Both the position numbers and the translations under genes were made by a program. From assembly GCA_964035545.1 (NCBI GenBank), contig CAXIUT010000183.1, forward strand, positions 930,001-994,000: a DNA stretch of 64,000 nucleotides, read 5' to 3'. Positions 47,001 through 62,500 of the stretch are shown one piece after another (position 1 is the first letter of the stretch; each line of letters starts with the position of its first letter). The notes under the pieces are model-generated. The model was not told the DNA's origin. It searched no databases and saw only the letters and a program-made list of their open reading frames with translations. Source of the DNA: Bugula neritina. Taxonomy: Eukaryota > Animalia > Bryozoa.

Positions 47001-50000
47001 TATACTGCAACATGCCTAAATATACGGTAATATAATGAAATATACTGTAACACACCGAAATATACTGCAACATACTGAAATACACTGTAACATACTGAAA
47101 TATACTGCAACATACTGAAATACACTGCTACATACTGAAATATACTGCAACATACTGCAACATACTGAAATACACTGTAACATAATGAAATAAACTGCAA
47201 CATACTACATCATATTGAAATACACTGCAACACATTGAAATATACTGCAACATACCTAAATATACGGTAATATACTGAAATATACTGTAACACATTGAAA
47301 AAACTGCAACATACTGAAATACACTGCAACACACTGAAATACACCGCAAAATACTACAACATACTGAAATACACTGTAACATATTGAAATCCAGTGCAAC
47401 ACATTGAAATATACTGCAACATACCGAAATATATGGTAAACTAATGAAATATACTGTAACACATTGAAAAATACCGCAACATACTGAAATATACTGCGAC
47501 ACATTGCAATATACTGTAACATACTGAAATATGCTGTAGCACACTGAAATACACTGCAACATCCTACAACAAACTGAAATACACTGAAACATATTGAAAT
47601 ACACTGCAAGAAATTGAAATACACTGCAACACAACAAAATATGGTAAACTACTGAAATAGACTTTAACACATTGAAAAATACTGCAACATACAGAAATAT
47701 ACTGTAACACACTGAAATATACTGCAACATACTGAAATACACTATAACATACTGAAATATACTGCAACATACTGAAATACCCTGCTACATACTGAAATAT
47801 ACTGCAACATACTGCAACCTGCTGCAACATACTGAAATACGCTGTAACATACTGAAATACACTGCAACATACTACAACATATTGAAATACACTGCAACAC
47901 ATTGAAATGTACTGCAACATACCGAAATATACGGTAATATACTGAAATATACTGTAACACATTGAAAAATACTGCAACATACTAAAATACACTGCAACAC
48001 ACTGAAACACACCGCAAAAAACTACAACATACTGAAATACACTGTAACATATTAAAACATACTGCAACATACTGCAACATACTGAAATACACTGTAACAT
48101 ATTGAAATACACTGCGACACATTGAAATATACTGCAACATACCGAAATATATGGTAAACTAATGAAATATACTGTAACACATTGAAAAATACCGCAACAT
48201 ACTGAAATATACTGCGACACATTGCAATATATTGTAACATACTGAAATATGCTGTAGCACACTGAAATACACTGCAACATCCTACAACATACTGGAATAC
48301 ACTGTAACATATTGAAATACACTGCAAAACATTGAAAGTTACTGCAACATAACAAAATATATGGTAAACTACTGAAATAGACTTTAACACATTGAAAAAT
48401 ACTGCAACATACTGAAATATACTGTAACACACTGAAGTATACTGCAACATACTGAAATACACTGTAACATACTGAAATATACTGCAACATACTGAAATAC
48501 ACTGCTACATACTGAAATATACTGCAACGTACTGCAACATACTCCAGCATACTGAAATACACTGTAACATACTGAAATACACTGCAACATACTACCACAT
48601 ATTGAAATACACTGCAACACATTGAAATGTACTGCAACATACCGAAATATATGGTAAACTACTAAAATATACTGTAACATATTGAAAATAAATGCAACAT
48701 ACTGAAATATACTGCGACACCTAGCAATATACTGTAACATACTGAAATATGCTCTAGCACACTGAAATACAATGCAACTTACTGAAATATACTGCAACAT
48801 ACTTAAATACACTGCAACATCCTACAATATGCTGAAATACACTGTAACATATTGAAATACACTGCAACACTTTGAAATATACTGCAACATACCGAAATAT
48901 ATCGTAAACTACTGCAACATACTACAACATATTGAAATACACTGCAACACATTGAAGTATACTGCAACATACCTAAATATACGGTAATATACTGAAATAT
49001 ACTGTAACACATTGAAAAATACTGCAACATACTGAAATATACTGTAACACACCGAAATATACTGCAACATACTGAAATACACTGTAACATACTGAAATAC
49101 ACTGTAACATACTGAAATACACTGCTACATACTGAAATATGCTGCAACATACTGCAACATACTGAAATAAACTGCAACATACTACAACATATTGAAATAC
49201 ACTGCAACACATTGAAATATACTGCAACATACCTAAATATACGGTAATATACTGAAATTCACTGTAACGCATTGCAAAATACTGCAACATACTGAAATAT
49301 GCTCTAGCACACTGAAATACAATGCAACTCACTGAAATATACTGCAACATACTGAAATACACTGCAACATCCTACAACATGCTGAAATACACTGTAACAT
49401 ATTGAAATACACTGCAACACTTTGAAATATACTGCAACATACCGAAATATATGGTAAACTACTGCAACACACTACAACATATTGAAATACACTGCAACAC
49501 ATTGAAATATACTGCAACATGCCTAAATATACGGTAATATAATGAAATATACTGTAACACACCGAAATATACTGCAACATACTGAAATATACTGTAACAC
49601 ATTGAAAAAACTGCAACATACTGAAATACACTGCTACATACTGAAATATACTGCAACATACTGCAACATACTGAAATACACTGTAACATAATGAAATAAA
49701 CTGCAACATACTACATCATATTGAAATACACTGCAACACATTGAAATATACTGCAACATACCTAAATATACGGTAATATACTGGAATATACTGTAACACA
49801 TTGAAAAAACTGCAACATACTGAAATACACTGCAACACACTGAAATACACCGCAAAATACTACAACATACTGAAATACACTGTAACATATTGAAATCCAG
49901 TGCAACACATTGAAATATACTGCAACATACCGAAATATATGGTAAACTAATGAAATATACTGTAACACATTGAAAAATACCGCAACATACTGAAATATAC

Positions 50001-53000
50001 TGCGACACATTGCAATATACTGTAACATACTGAAATATGCTGTAGCACACTGAAATACACTGCAACATCCTACAACAAACTGAAATACACTGAAACATAT
50101 TGAAATACACTGCAAGAAATTGAAATACACTGCAACACAACAAAATATGGTAAACTACTGAAATAGACTTTACCACATTGAAAAATACTGCAACATACAG
50201 AAATATACTGTAACACACTGAAATATACTGCAACATACTGAAATACACTATAACATACTGAAATATACTGCAACATACTGAAATACCCTGCTACATACTG
50301 AAATATACTGCAACATACTGCAACCTGCTGCAACATACTGAAATACGCTGTAACATACTGAAATACACTGCAACATACTACAACATATTGAAATACACTG
50401 CAACACATTGAAATGTACTGCAACATACCGAAATATACGGTAATATACTGAAATATACTGTAACACATTGAAAAATACTGCAACATACTAAAATACACTG
50501 CAACACACTGAAACACACCGCAAAAAACTACAACATACTGAAATACACTGTAACATATTAAAACATACTGCAACATACTGCAACATACTGAAATACACTG
50601 TAACATATTGAAATACACTGCGACACATTGAAATATACTGCAACATACCGAAATATATGGTAAACTAATGAAATATACTGTAACACATTGAAAAATACCG
50701 CAACATACTGAAATATACTGCGACACATTGCAATATACTGTAACATACTGAAATATGCTGTAGCACACTGAAATACACTGCAACATCCTACAACATACTG
50801 GACTACACTGTAACATATTGAAATACACTGCAAAACATTGAAAGTTACTGCAACATAACAAAATATATGGTAAACTACTGAAATAGACTTTAACACATTG
50901 AAAAATACTGCAACATACTGAAATATACTGTAACACACTGAAGTATACTGCAACATACTGAAATACACTGTAACATACTGAAATATACTGCAACATACTG
51001 AAATACCCTGCTACATACTGAAATATACTGCAACATACTGCAACCTGCTGCAACATACTGAAATACGCTGTAACATACTGAAATACACTGCAACATACTA
51101 CAACATATTGAAATACACTGCAACACATTGAAATGTACTGCAACATACCGAAATATACGGTAATATACTGAAATATACTGTAACACATTGAAAAATACTG
51201 CAACATACTAAAATACACTGCAACACACTGAAACACACCGCAAAAAACTACAACATACTGAAATACACTGTAACATATTAAAACATACTGCAACATACTG
51301 CAACATACTGAAATACACTGTAACATATTGAAATACACTGCGACACATTGAAATATACTGCAACATACCGAAATATATGGTAAACTAATGAAATATACTG
51401 TAACACATTGAAAAATACCGCAACATACTGAAATATACTGCGACACATTGCAATATACTGTAACATACTGAAATATGCTGTAGCACACTGAAATACACTG
51501 CAACATCCTACAACATACTGGAATACACTGTAACATATTGAAATACACTGCAAAACATTGAAAGTTACTGCAACATAACAAAATATATGGTAAACTACTG
51601 AAATAGACTTTAACACATTGAAAAATACTGCAACATACTGAAATATACTGTAACACACTGAAGTATACTGCAACATACTGAAATACACTGTAACATACTG
51701 AAATATACTGCAACATACTGAAATACACTGCTACATACTGAAATATACTGCAACGTACTGCAACATACTCCAGCATACTGAAATACACTGTAACATACTG
51801 AAATACACTGCAACATACTACCACATATTGAAATACACTGCAACACATTGAAATGTACTGCAACATACCGAAATATATGGTAAACTACTAAAATATACTG
51901 TAACATATTGAAAAATACTGCAACATACTGAAATATACTGCGACACCTAGCAATATACTGTAACATACTGAAATATGCTCTAGCACACTGAAATACAATG
52001 CAACTTACTGAAATATACTGCAACATACTTAAATACACTGCAACATCCTACAATATGCTGAAATACACTGTAACATATTGAAATACACTGCAACACTTTG
52101 AAATATACTGCAACATATCGAAATATATGGTAAACTACTGCAACATACTACAACATATTGAAATACACTGCAACACATTGAAGTATACTGCAACATACCT
52201 AAATATACGGTAATATACTGAAATATACTGTAACACATTGAAAAATACTGCAACATACTGAAATATACTGTAACACACCGAAATATACTGCAACATACTG
52301 AAATACACTGTAACATACTGAAATATACTGTAACATACTGAAATACACTGCTACATACTGAAATATGCTGCAACATACTGCAACATACTGAAATAAACTG
52401 CAACATACTACAACATATTGAAATACACTGCAACACATTGAAATATACTGCAACATACCTAAATATACGGTAATATACTGAAATTCACTGTAACGCATTG
52501 CAAAATACTGCAACATACTGAAATTCACTGCGACACACTGAAATACGCTGCAAAATACTACAACATATTGAAATAAACTGTAACATATTGAAATACACTG
52601 CAACACATTGAAAAATACTGCAACATACTGAAATTTACTGTAACACACTGAAATATACTGCAACATACTGAAATACACTGTAACATACTGAAATATACCG
52701 CAACATACTGAAATACACTGCTACATACTGAAATATACTGCAACATACTGCAACATACTGCAATACACTGTAACATACTGAAATACACTGCAACATACTA
52801 CAACATATTGAAATACACTGCAACACATTGAAATACACTGCAACTTACCGAATATATGGTAAACTACTGAAATATACTGTAACGCATTGAAAAATACTGC
52901 AACATACTGAAATATATTGCGACACATTGCAATATACTGTAACATACTGAAAAATGCTGTAGCACACTGAAATATACTGCAATTCACTGAAATATACTGC

Positions 53001-56000
53001 AACATACTGAAATACACCGCAACATCCTACAACATACTGAAATACTTTGTAACATATTGAAATACACTGCAACACATTGAAATATACTGCAACATAACGA
53101 AATATATGGTAAACTAATGAAATATATTTTAACACATTGAAAAATACTGCAACATACTGAAATATATTTTAACACATTGAAAAATACTGCAACATACTGA
53201 AATACACTGCAACACATTGAAATATACTGCAACATACCGAAATATATGGTAAACTACTGAAATATACTGTAACACATTGAAAAATACTGCAACATACTGA
53301 AATACACTGTAACATACTGAAATAAACTGCAACATACTACAACATATTGAAATACACTGCAACAAATTGAAATATACTGCAACATACCTAAATATACGGT
53401 AATATACTGAAATTCACTGTAACGCATTGCAAAATACTACAACATACTGAAATTCACTGCGACACACTGAAATACGCTGCAAAATACTACAACATACTGA
53501 AATAAACTGTAACATATTGAAATACACTGCAACACATTGAAATACACTGCAACATAACAAAATATATGGTAAACTACTGAAATAGACTTTAACACATTGA
53601 AAAATACTGCAACATACTGAAATACACTGTAACATACTGAAATATACTGCAACATACTGAAATACACTGCTACATACTGAAATATACTGCAACGTACTGC
53701 AACATACTCCAGCATACTGAAATACACTGTAACATACTGAAATACACTGCAACATACTACCACATATTGAAATACACTGCAACACATTGAAATGTACTGC
53801 AACATACCGAAATATATGGTAAACTACTAAAATATACTGTAACATATTGAAAAATACTGCAACATACTGAAATATACTGCGACACCTAGCAATATACTGT
53901 AACATACTGAAATATGCTCTAGCACACTGAAATACAATGCAACACATTGAAATATACTGCAACATACCTAAATATACGGTAATATACTGAAATTCACTGT
54001 AACGCATTGCAAAATACTGCAACATACTGAAATACACTGCAACATACTACCACATATTGAAATACACTGCAACATATTGAAATACACTGCAACACATTGA
54101 AAAATACTGCAACATACTGAAATATACTGTAACACACTGAAATATACTGCAACATACTGAAATACACTGTAACATACTGAAATATACTGCAACATACTGA
54201 AATACACTGCTACATACTGAAATATACTGCAACATACTGCAACATACTGCAATACACTGTAACATACTGAAATACACTGCAATATACTACAACATATTGA
54301 AATACACTGCAACACATTGAAATACACTGCAACTTACCGAATATATGGTAAACTACTGAAATATACTGTAACGCATTGAAAAATACTGCAACATACTGAA
54401 ATATATTGCGACACATTGCAATATACTGTAACATACTGAAAAATGCTGTAGCACACTGAAATATACTGCAATTCACTGAAATATACTGCAACATACTGAC
54501 ATACACCGCAACATCCTACAACATACTGAAATACTTTGTAACATATTGAAATACACTGCAACACATTGAAATATACTGCAACATAACGAAATATATGGTA
54601 ACCTACTGAAATATATTTTAACACATTGAAAAATACTGCAACATACTGAAATATATTTTAACACATTGAAAAATACTGCAACATACTGAAATATACTGTA
54701 ACACACCGAAATATACTGCAACATACTGAAATACACTGTAACATACTGAAATATACTGCAACACACTGAAATACACTGCTACATACTGCAACATACTGCA
54801 ACATACTGCAACATACTGAAATACACTGTAACATACTGAAATAAACTGCAACATACTACAACATATTGAAATACACTGCAACACATTGAAATATACTGCT
54901 ACATACCTAAATATACGGTAATATACTGAAATATACTGTAACACATTGAAAAAACTGCAACATACTGAAATACACTGCAACGCACTGAAATACACCGCAA
55001 AATACTACAACATGCTGAAATACACTGTAACATATTGAAATCCACTGCAACACATTGAAATATACTGCAACATACCGAAATATATAGTAAACTAATGAAA
55101 TATACTGTAACACACTGAAAAATACCGCAACATACTGAAATATACTGCGACACATTGCAATATACTGTAACATATTGAAATATGCTGTAGGACACTGAAA
55201 TACACTGCAACATCCTACAACATACTGAAATACACTGTAACATATTGAAATACACTGCAAGAAATTGAAATAGACTGCAACATAACAAAATATATGGTAA
55301 TCTACTGAAATAGACTTTAACACATTGAAAAATACTGCAACATACAGAAATATACTGTAACACACTGAAATATACTGCAACGTACTGCAACATACTGCAG
55401 CATACTGAAATACACTGTAACATACTGAAATACACTGCAACATACTACCACATATTGAAATACACTGCAACACATTGAAATGTACTGCAACATACCGAAA
55501 TATATGGTAAACTACTAAAATATACTGTAACACATTGAAAAATACTGCAACATACTGAAATATACTGCGACACCTAGCAATATACTGTAACATACTGAAA
55601 TATGCTCTAGCACACTGAAATACAATGCAACTTACTGAAATATACTGCAACATACTGAAATACACTGCAACATCCTACAATATGCTGAAATACACAGTAA
55701 CATATTGAAATACACTGCAACACTTTGAAATATACTGCAACATACCGAAATATATGGTAAACTACTGCAACATACTACAACATACTGAAATACACTGCAA
55801 CACATTGAAATATACTGCGACATACCTAAATATACGGTAATATACTGAAATATACTGTAACACATTGAAAAATACTGCAACATACTGAAATATACTGTAA
55901 CACACCGAAATATACTGCAACATACTGAAATACACTGTAACATACTGAAATACACTGCTACATACTGAAATATACTGCAACATACTGCAACATACTGAAA

Positions 56001-56574
56001 TACACAGTAACATACTGAAATAAACTGCAACATACTACAACATATTGAAATACACTGCAACACATTGAAATATACTGCAACATACCTAAATATACGGTAA
56101 TATACTGAAATTCACTGTAACGCATTGCAAAATACTGCAACATACTGAAATTCACTGCGACACACTGAAATACGCTGCAAAATACTACAACATACTGAAA
56201 TAAACTGTAACATGTTGAAATACACTGCAACACATTGAAAAATACTGCAACATACTGAAATATACTGTAACACACTGAAATATACTGCAACATACTGAAA
56301 TACACTGTAACATACTGAAATATACTGCAACATACTGAAATACACTGCTACATACTGACATATACTGCAACATACTGCAACATACTGCAATACACTGTAA
56401 AATACTGAAATACACTGCAACATACTACTACAACATATTGAAATACACTGCAACACATTGAAATACACTGCAACATACTGCAACATACTGCAATACACTG
56501 TAACATACTGAAATACACTGCAACATACTACAACATATTGAAATACACTGCAACACATTGAAATACACTGCAAC
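44041..56574. repeat. 11,814-bp HOR, copy 3 (12,534 bp because of a 720-bp internal duplication)
   Basis: Offsets from copy 2 are 11814 before the duplication (35750/47564, 38256/50070) and 12534 after it (39076/51610, 42373/54907). Offset to copy 4 is 12534 (44580/57114, 47564/60098). Confidence 0.92.
50251..51690. repeat. 720-bp (72-decamer) tandem duplication private to HOR copy 3
   Basis: Lines 50281-51000 and 51001-51720 read the same except 50803 C vs 51523 A. The duplication extends the 358-aa artefact ORF to 598 aa (+240 aa). The breakpoint lies within shared sequence ~50971-51006. Confidence 0.95.
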
Positions 56575-59500
56575 TTACCGAATATATGGTAAACTACTGA
56601 AATATACTGTAACGCATTGAAAAATACTGCAACATACTGAAATATATTGCGACACATTGCAATATACTGTAACATACTGAAAAATGCTGTAACACACTGA
56701 AATATACTGCAATTCACTGAAATATACTGCAACATACTGAAATACACCGCAACATCCTACAACATACTGAAATACTTTGTAACATATTGAAATACACTGC
56801 AACACATTGAAATATACTGCAACATAACGAAATATATGGTAAACTAATGAAATATATTTTAACACATTGAAAAATACTGCAACATACTGAAATATATTTT
56901 AACACATTGAAAAATACTGCAACATACTGAAATACACTGCAACACATTGAAATATACTGCAACATACCGAAATATATGGTAAACTACTGAAATATACTGT
57001 AACACATTGAAAAATACTGCAACATACTGAAATACACTGTAACATACTGAAATAAACTGCAACATACTACAACATATTGAAATACACTGCAACACATTGA
57101 AATACACTGCAACTTACCGAATATATGGTAAACTACTGAAATATACTGTAACGCATTGAAAAATACTGCAACATACTGAAATATATTGCGACACATTGCA
57201 ATAAACTGTAACATCCTGAAAAATGCTGTAGCACACTGAAATACACTGCCATTCACTGAAATACACTGCAACATACTGAAATACACCGCAACATCCTACA
57301 ACATACTGAAATACACTGTAACATATTGAAATACACTGCAACACATTGAAATATACTGCAACATAACGAAATATATGGTAAACTACTGAAATATATTTTA
57401 ACACATCGAAAAATACTAAACATACTGAAATATATTTTAACACATTGAAAAATACTGCAACATACTGAAATATACTGTAACACACTGAAGTACACTGCAA
57501 CTCACTGAAATATACTGCAATATACTGAAATACACTGCAACATCCTACAAAATGCTGAAATACACTGTAACATATTGAAATACACTGCAACACATTGAAA
57601 TATACTGCAACATACCGAAATATATCGTAAACTAATGAAATATACTGTAACACATTGAAAAAAACTGCAACATACTGAAATATACTGCGACACCTAGCAA
57701 TATACTGTAACATACAGAAATATGCTCTAGCACACTGAAATACAATGCAACTCACTGAAATATACTGCAACATACTGAAATACACTGCAACATCCTACAA
57801 CATGCTGAAATACACTGTAACATATTGAAATACACTGCAACACTTTGAAATATACTGCAACATACCGAAATATATGGTAAACTACTGCAACACACTACAA
57901 CATATTGAAATACACTGCAACACATTGAAATACACTGCAACATACCTAAATATACGGTAATATACTGAAATATACTGTAACACACCGAAATATACTGCAA
58001 CATACTGAAGTACACTGCAACTCACTGAAATATACTGCAATATACTGAAATACACTGCAACATCCTACAAAACGCTGAAATACACTGTAACATATTGAAA
58101 TACACTGCAACACATTGAAATATACTGCAACATAACGAATATATGGTAAACCACTGAAATATACTGTAACACATTGAAAAAAACTGACATACTGAAATAT
58201 ACTGCGACACCTAGCAATATACTGTAACATACTGAAATATGCTCTAGCACACTGAAATACAATGCAACTCACTGAAATATACTGCAACATACTGAAATAC
58301 ACTGTAACATATTGAAATACACTGCAACACATTGAAATATACTGCAACATAACGAAATATATGGTAAACCACTGAAATATATTTTAACACATCGAAAAAT
58401 ACTAAACATACTGAAATATATTTTAACACATTGAAAAATACTGCAACATACTGAAATATACTGTAACACACTGAAGTACACTGCAACTCACTGAAATATA
58501 CTGCAATATACTGAAATACACTGCAACATCCTACAAAATGCTGAAATACACTGTAACATATTGAAATACACTGCAACACATTGAAATATACTGCAACATA
58601 CCGAAATATATCGTAAACTACTGAAATATACTGTAACACATTGAAAAAAAGTGCAACATACTGAAATATACTGCGACACCTAGCAATATACTGTAACATA
58701 CTGAAATATGCTCTAGCACACTGAAATACAATGCAACTCACTGAAATATACTGCAACATACTGAAATACACTGCAACATCCTACAACATGCTGAAATACA
58801 CTGTAACATATTGAAATACACTGCAACACTTTGAAATATACTGCAACATACCGAAATATATGGTAAACTACTGCAACACACTACAACATATTGAAATACA
58901 CTGCAACACATTGAAATATACTGCAACATACCTAAATATACGGTAATATACTGAAATATACTGTAACACACCGAAATATACTGCAACATACTGAAATACA
59001 CTGTAACATACTGAAATATACTGCAACATACTGAAATACACTGCTACATACTGAAATATACTGCAACATACTGAAATATACTGTAACACACTGAAGTACA
59101 CTGCAACTCACTGAAATATACTGCAATATACTGAAATACACTGCAACATCCTACAAAATGCTGAAATACACTGTAACATATTGAAATACACTGCAACACA
59201 TTGAAATATACTGCAACATACCGAAATATATGGTAAACTACTGAAATATACTGTAACACATTGAAAAAAACTGACATACTGAAATATACTGCGACACCTA
59301 GCAATATACTGTAACATACTGAAATATGCTCTAGCACACTGAAATACAATGCAACTCACTGAAATATACTACAACATACTGAAATACACTGCAACATCCT
59401 ACAACATGCTGAAATACACTGTAACATATTGAAATACACTGCAACACTTTGAAATATACTGCAACATACCGAAATATATGGTAAACTACTGCAACACACT

Positions 59501-62500
59501 ACAACATATTGAAATACACTGCAACACATTGAAATATACTGCAACATGCCTAAATATACGGTAATATAATGAAATATACTGTAACACACCGAAATATACT
59601 GCAACATACTGAAATACACTGTAACATACTGAAATATACTGCAACATACTGAAATACACTGCTACATACTGAAATATACTGCAACATACTGCAACATACT
59701 GAAATACACTGTAACATAATGAAATAAACTGCAACATACTACATCATATTGAAATACACTGCAACACATTGAAATATACTGCAACATACCTAAATATACG
59801 GTAATATACTGAAATATACTGTAACACATTGAAAAAACTGCAACATACTGAAATACACTGCAACACACTGAAATACACCGCAAAATACTACAACATACTG
59901 AAATACACTGTAACATATTGAAATCCAGTGCAACACATTGAAATATACTGCAACATACCGAAATATATGGTAAACTAATGAAATATACTGTAACACATTG
60001 AAAAATACCGCAACATACTGAAATATACTGCGACACATTGCAATATACTGTAACATACTGAAATATGCTGTAGCACACTGAAATACACTGCAACATCCTA
60101 CAACAAACTGAAATACACTGAAACATATTGAAATACACTGCAAGAAATTGAAATACACTGCAACACAACAAAATATGGTAAACTACTGAAATAGACTTTA
60201 ACACATTGAAAAATACTGCAACATACAGAAATATACTGTAACACACTGAAATATACTGCAACATACTGAAATACACTATAACATACTGAAATATACTGCA
60301 ACATACTGAAATACCCTGCTACATACTGAAATATACTGCAACATACTGCAACCTGCTGCAACATACTGAAATACGCTGTAACATACTGAAATACACTGCA
60401 ACATACTACAACATATTGAAATACACTGCAACACATTGAAATGTACTGCAACATACCGAAATATACGGTAATATACTGAAATATACTGTAACACATTGAA
60501 AAATACTGCAACATACTAAAATACACTGCAACACACTGAAACACACCGCAAAAAACTACAACATACTGAAATACACTGTAACATATTAAAACATACTGCA
60601 ACATACTGCAACATACTGAAATACACTGTAACATATTGAAATACACTGCGACACATTGAAATATACTGCAACATACCGAAATATATGGTAAACTAATGAA
60701 ATATACTGTAACACATTGAAAAATACCGCAACATACTGAAATATACTGCGACACATTGCAATATATTGTAACATACTGAAATATGCTGTAGCACACTGAA
60801 ATACACTGCAACATCCTACAACATACTGGAATACACTGTAACATATTGAAATACACTGCAAAACATTGAAAGTTACTGCAACATAACAAAATATATGGTA
60901 AACTACTGAAATAGACTTTAACACATTGAAAAATACTGCAACATACTGAAATATACTGTAACACACTGAAGTATACTGCAACATACTGAAATACACTGTA
61001 ACATACTGAAATATACTGCAACATACTGAAATACACTGCTACATACTGAAATATACTGCAACGTACTGCAACATACTCCAGCATACTGAAATACACTGTA
61101 ACATACTGAAATACACTGCAACATACTACCACATATTGAAATACACTGCAACACATTGAAATGTACTGCAACATACCGAAATATATGGTAAACTACTAAA
61201 ATATACTGTAACATATTGAAAATAAATGCAACATACTGAAATATACTGCGACACCTAGCAATATACTGTAACATACTGAAATATGCTCTAGCACACTGAA
61301 ATACAATGCAACTTACTGAAATATACTGCAACATACTTAAATACACTGCAACATCCTACAATATGCTGAAATACACTGTAACATATTGAAATACACTGCA
61401 ACACTTTGAAATATACTGCAACATACCGAAATATATCGTAAACTACTGCAACATACTACAACATATTGAAATACACTGCAACACATTGAAGTATACTGCA
61501 ACATACCTAAATATACGGTAATATACTGAAATATACTGTAACACATTGAAAAATACTGCAACATACTGAAATATACTGTAACACACCGAAATATACTGCA
61601 ACATACTGAAATACACTGTAACATACTGAAATACACTGTAACATACTGAAATACACTGCTACATACTGAAATATGCTGCAACATACTGCAACATACTGAA
61701 ATAAACTGCAACATACTACAACATATTGAAATACACTGCAACACATTGAAATATACTGCAACATACCTAAATATACGGTAATATACTGAAATTCACTGTA
61801 ACGCATTGCAAAATACTGCAACATACTGAAATATGCTCTAGCACACTGAAATACAATGCAACTCACTGAAATATACTGCAACATACTGAAATACACTGCA
61901 ACATCCTACAACATGCTGAAATACACTGTAACATATTGAAATACACTGCAACACTTTGAAATATACTGCAACATACCGAAATATATGGTAAACTACTGCA
62001 ACACACTACAACATATTGAAATACACTGCAACACATTGAAATATACTGCAACATGCCTAAATATACGGTAATATAATGAAATATACTGTAACACACCGAA
62101 ATATACTGCAACATACTGAAATATACTGTAACACATTGAAAAAACTGCAACATACTGAAATACACTGCTACATACTGAAATATACTGCAACATACTGCAA
62201 CATACTGAAATACACTGTAACATAATGAAATAAACTGCAACATACTACATCATATTGAAATACACTGCAACACATTGAAATATACTGCAACATACCTAAA
62301 TATACGGTAATATACTGGAATATACTGTAACACATTGAAAAAACTGCAACATACTGAAATACACTGCAACACACTGAAATACACCGCAAAATACTACAAC
62401 ATACTGAAATACACTGTAACATATTGAAATCCAGTGCAACACATTGAAATATACTGCAACATACCGAAATATATGGTAAACTAATGAAATATACTGTAAC

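Noticed and set aside
50070-51866. 598-aa ORF and the eight 358-aa ORFs (19625, 25203, 27709, 35750, 38256, 47564, 60098, 62604) as a conserved gene family
   Set aside because: Their recurrence is fully explained by the 5578, 2506 and 11814-bp duplications. The 598-aa length comes from the 720-bp duplication, which happens to be divisible by 3.
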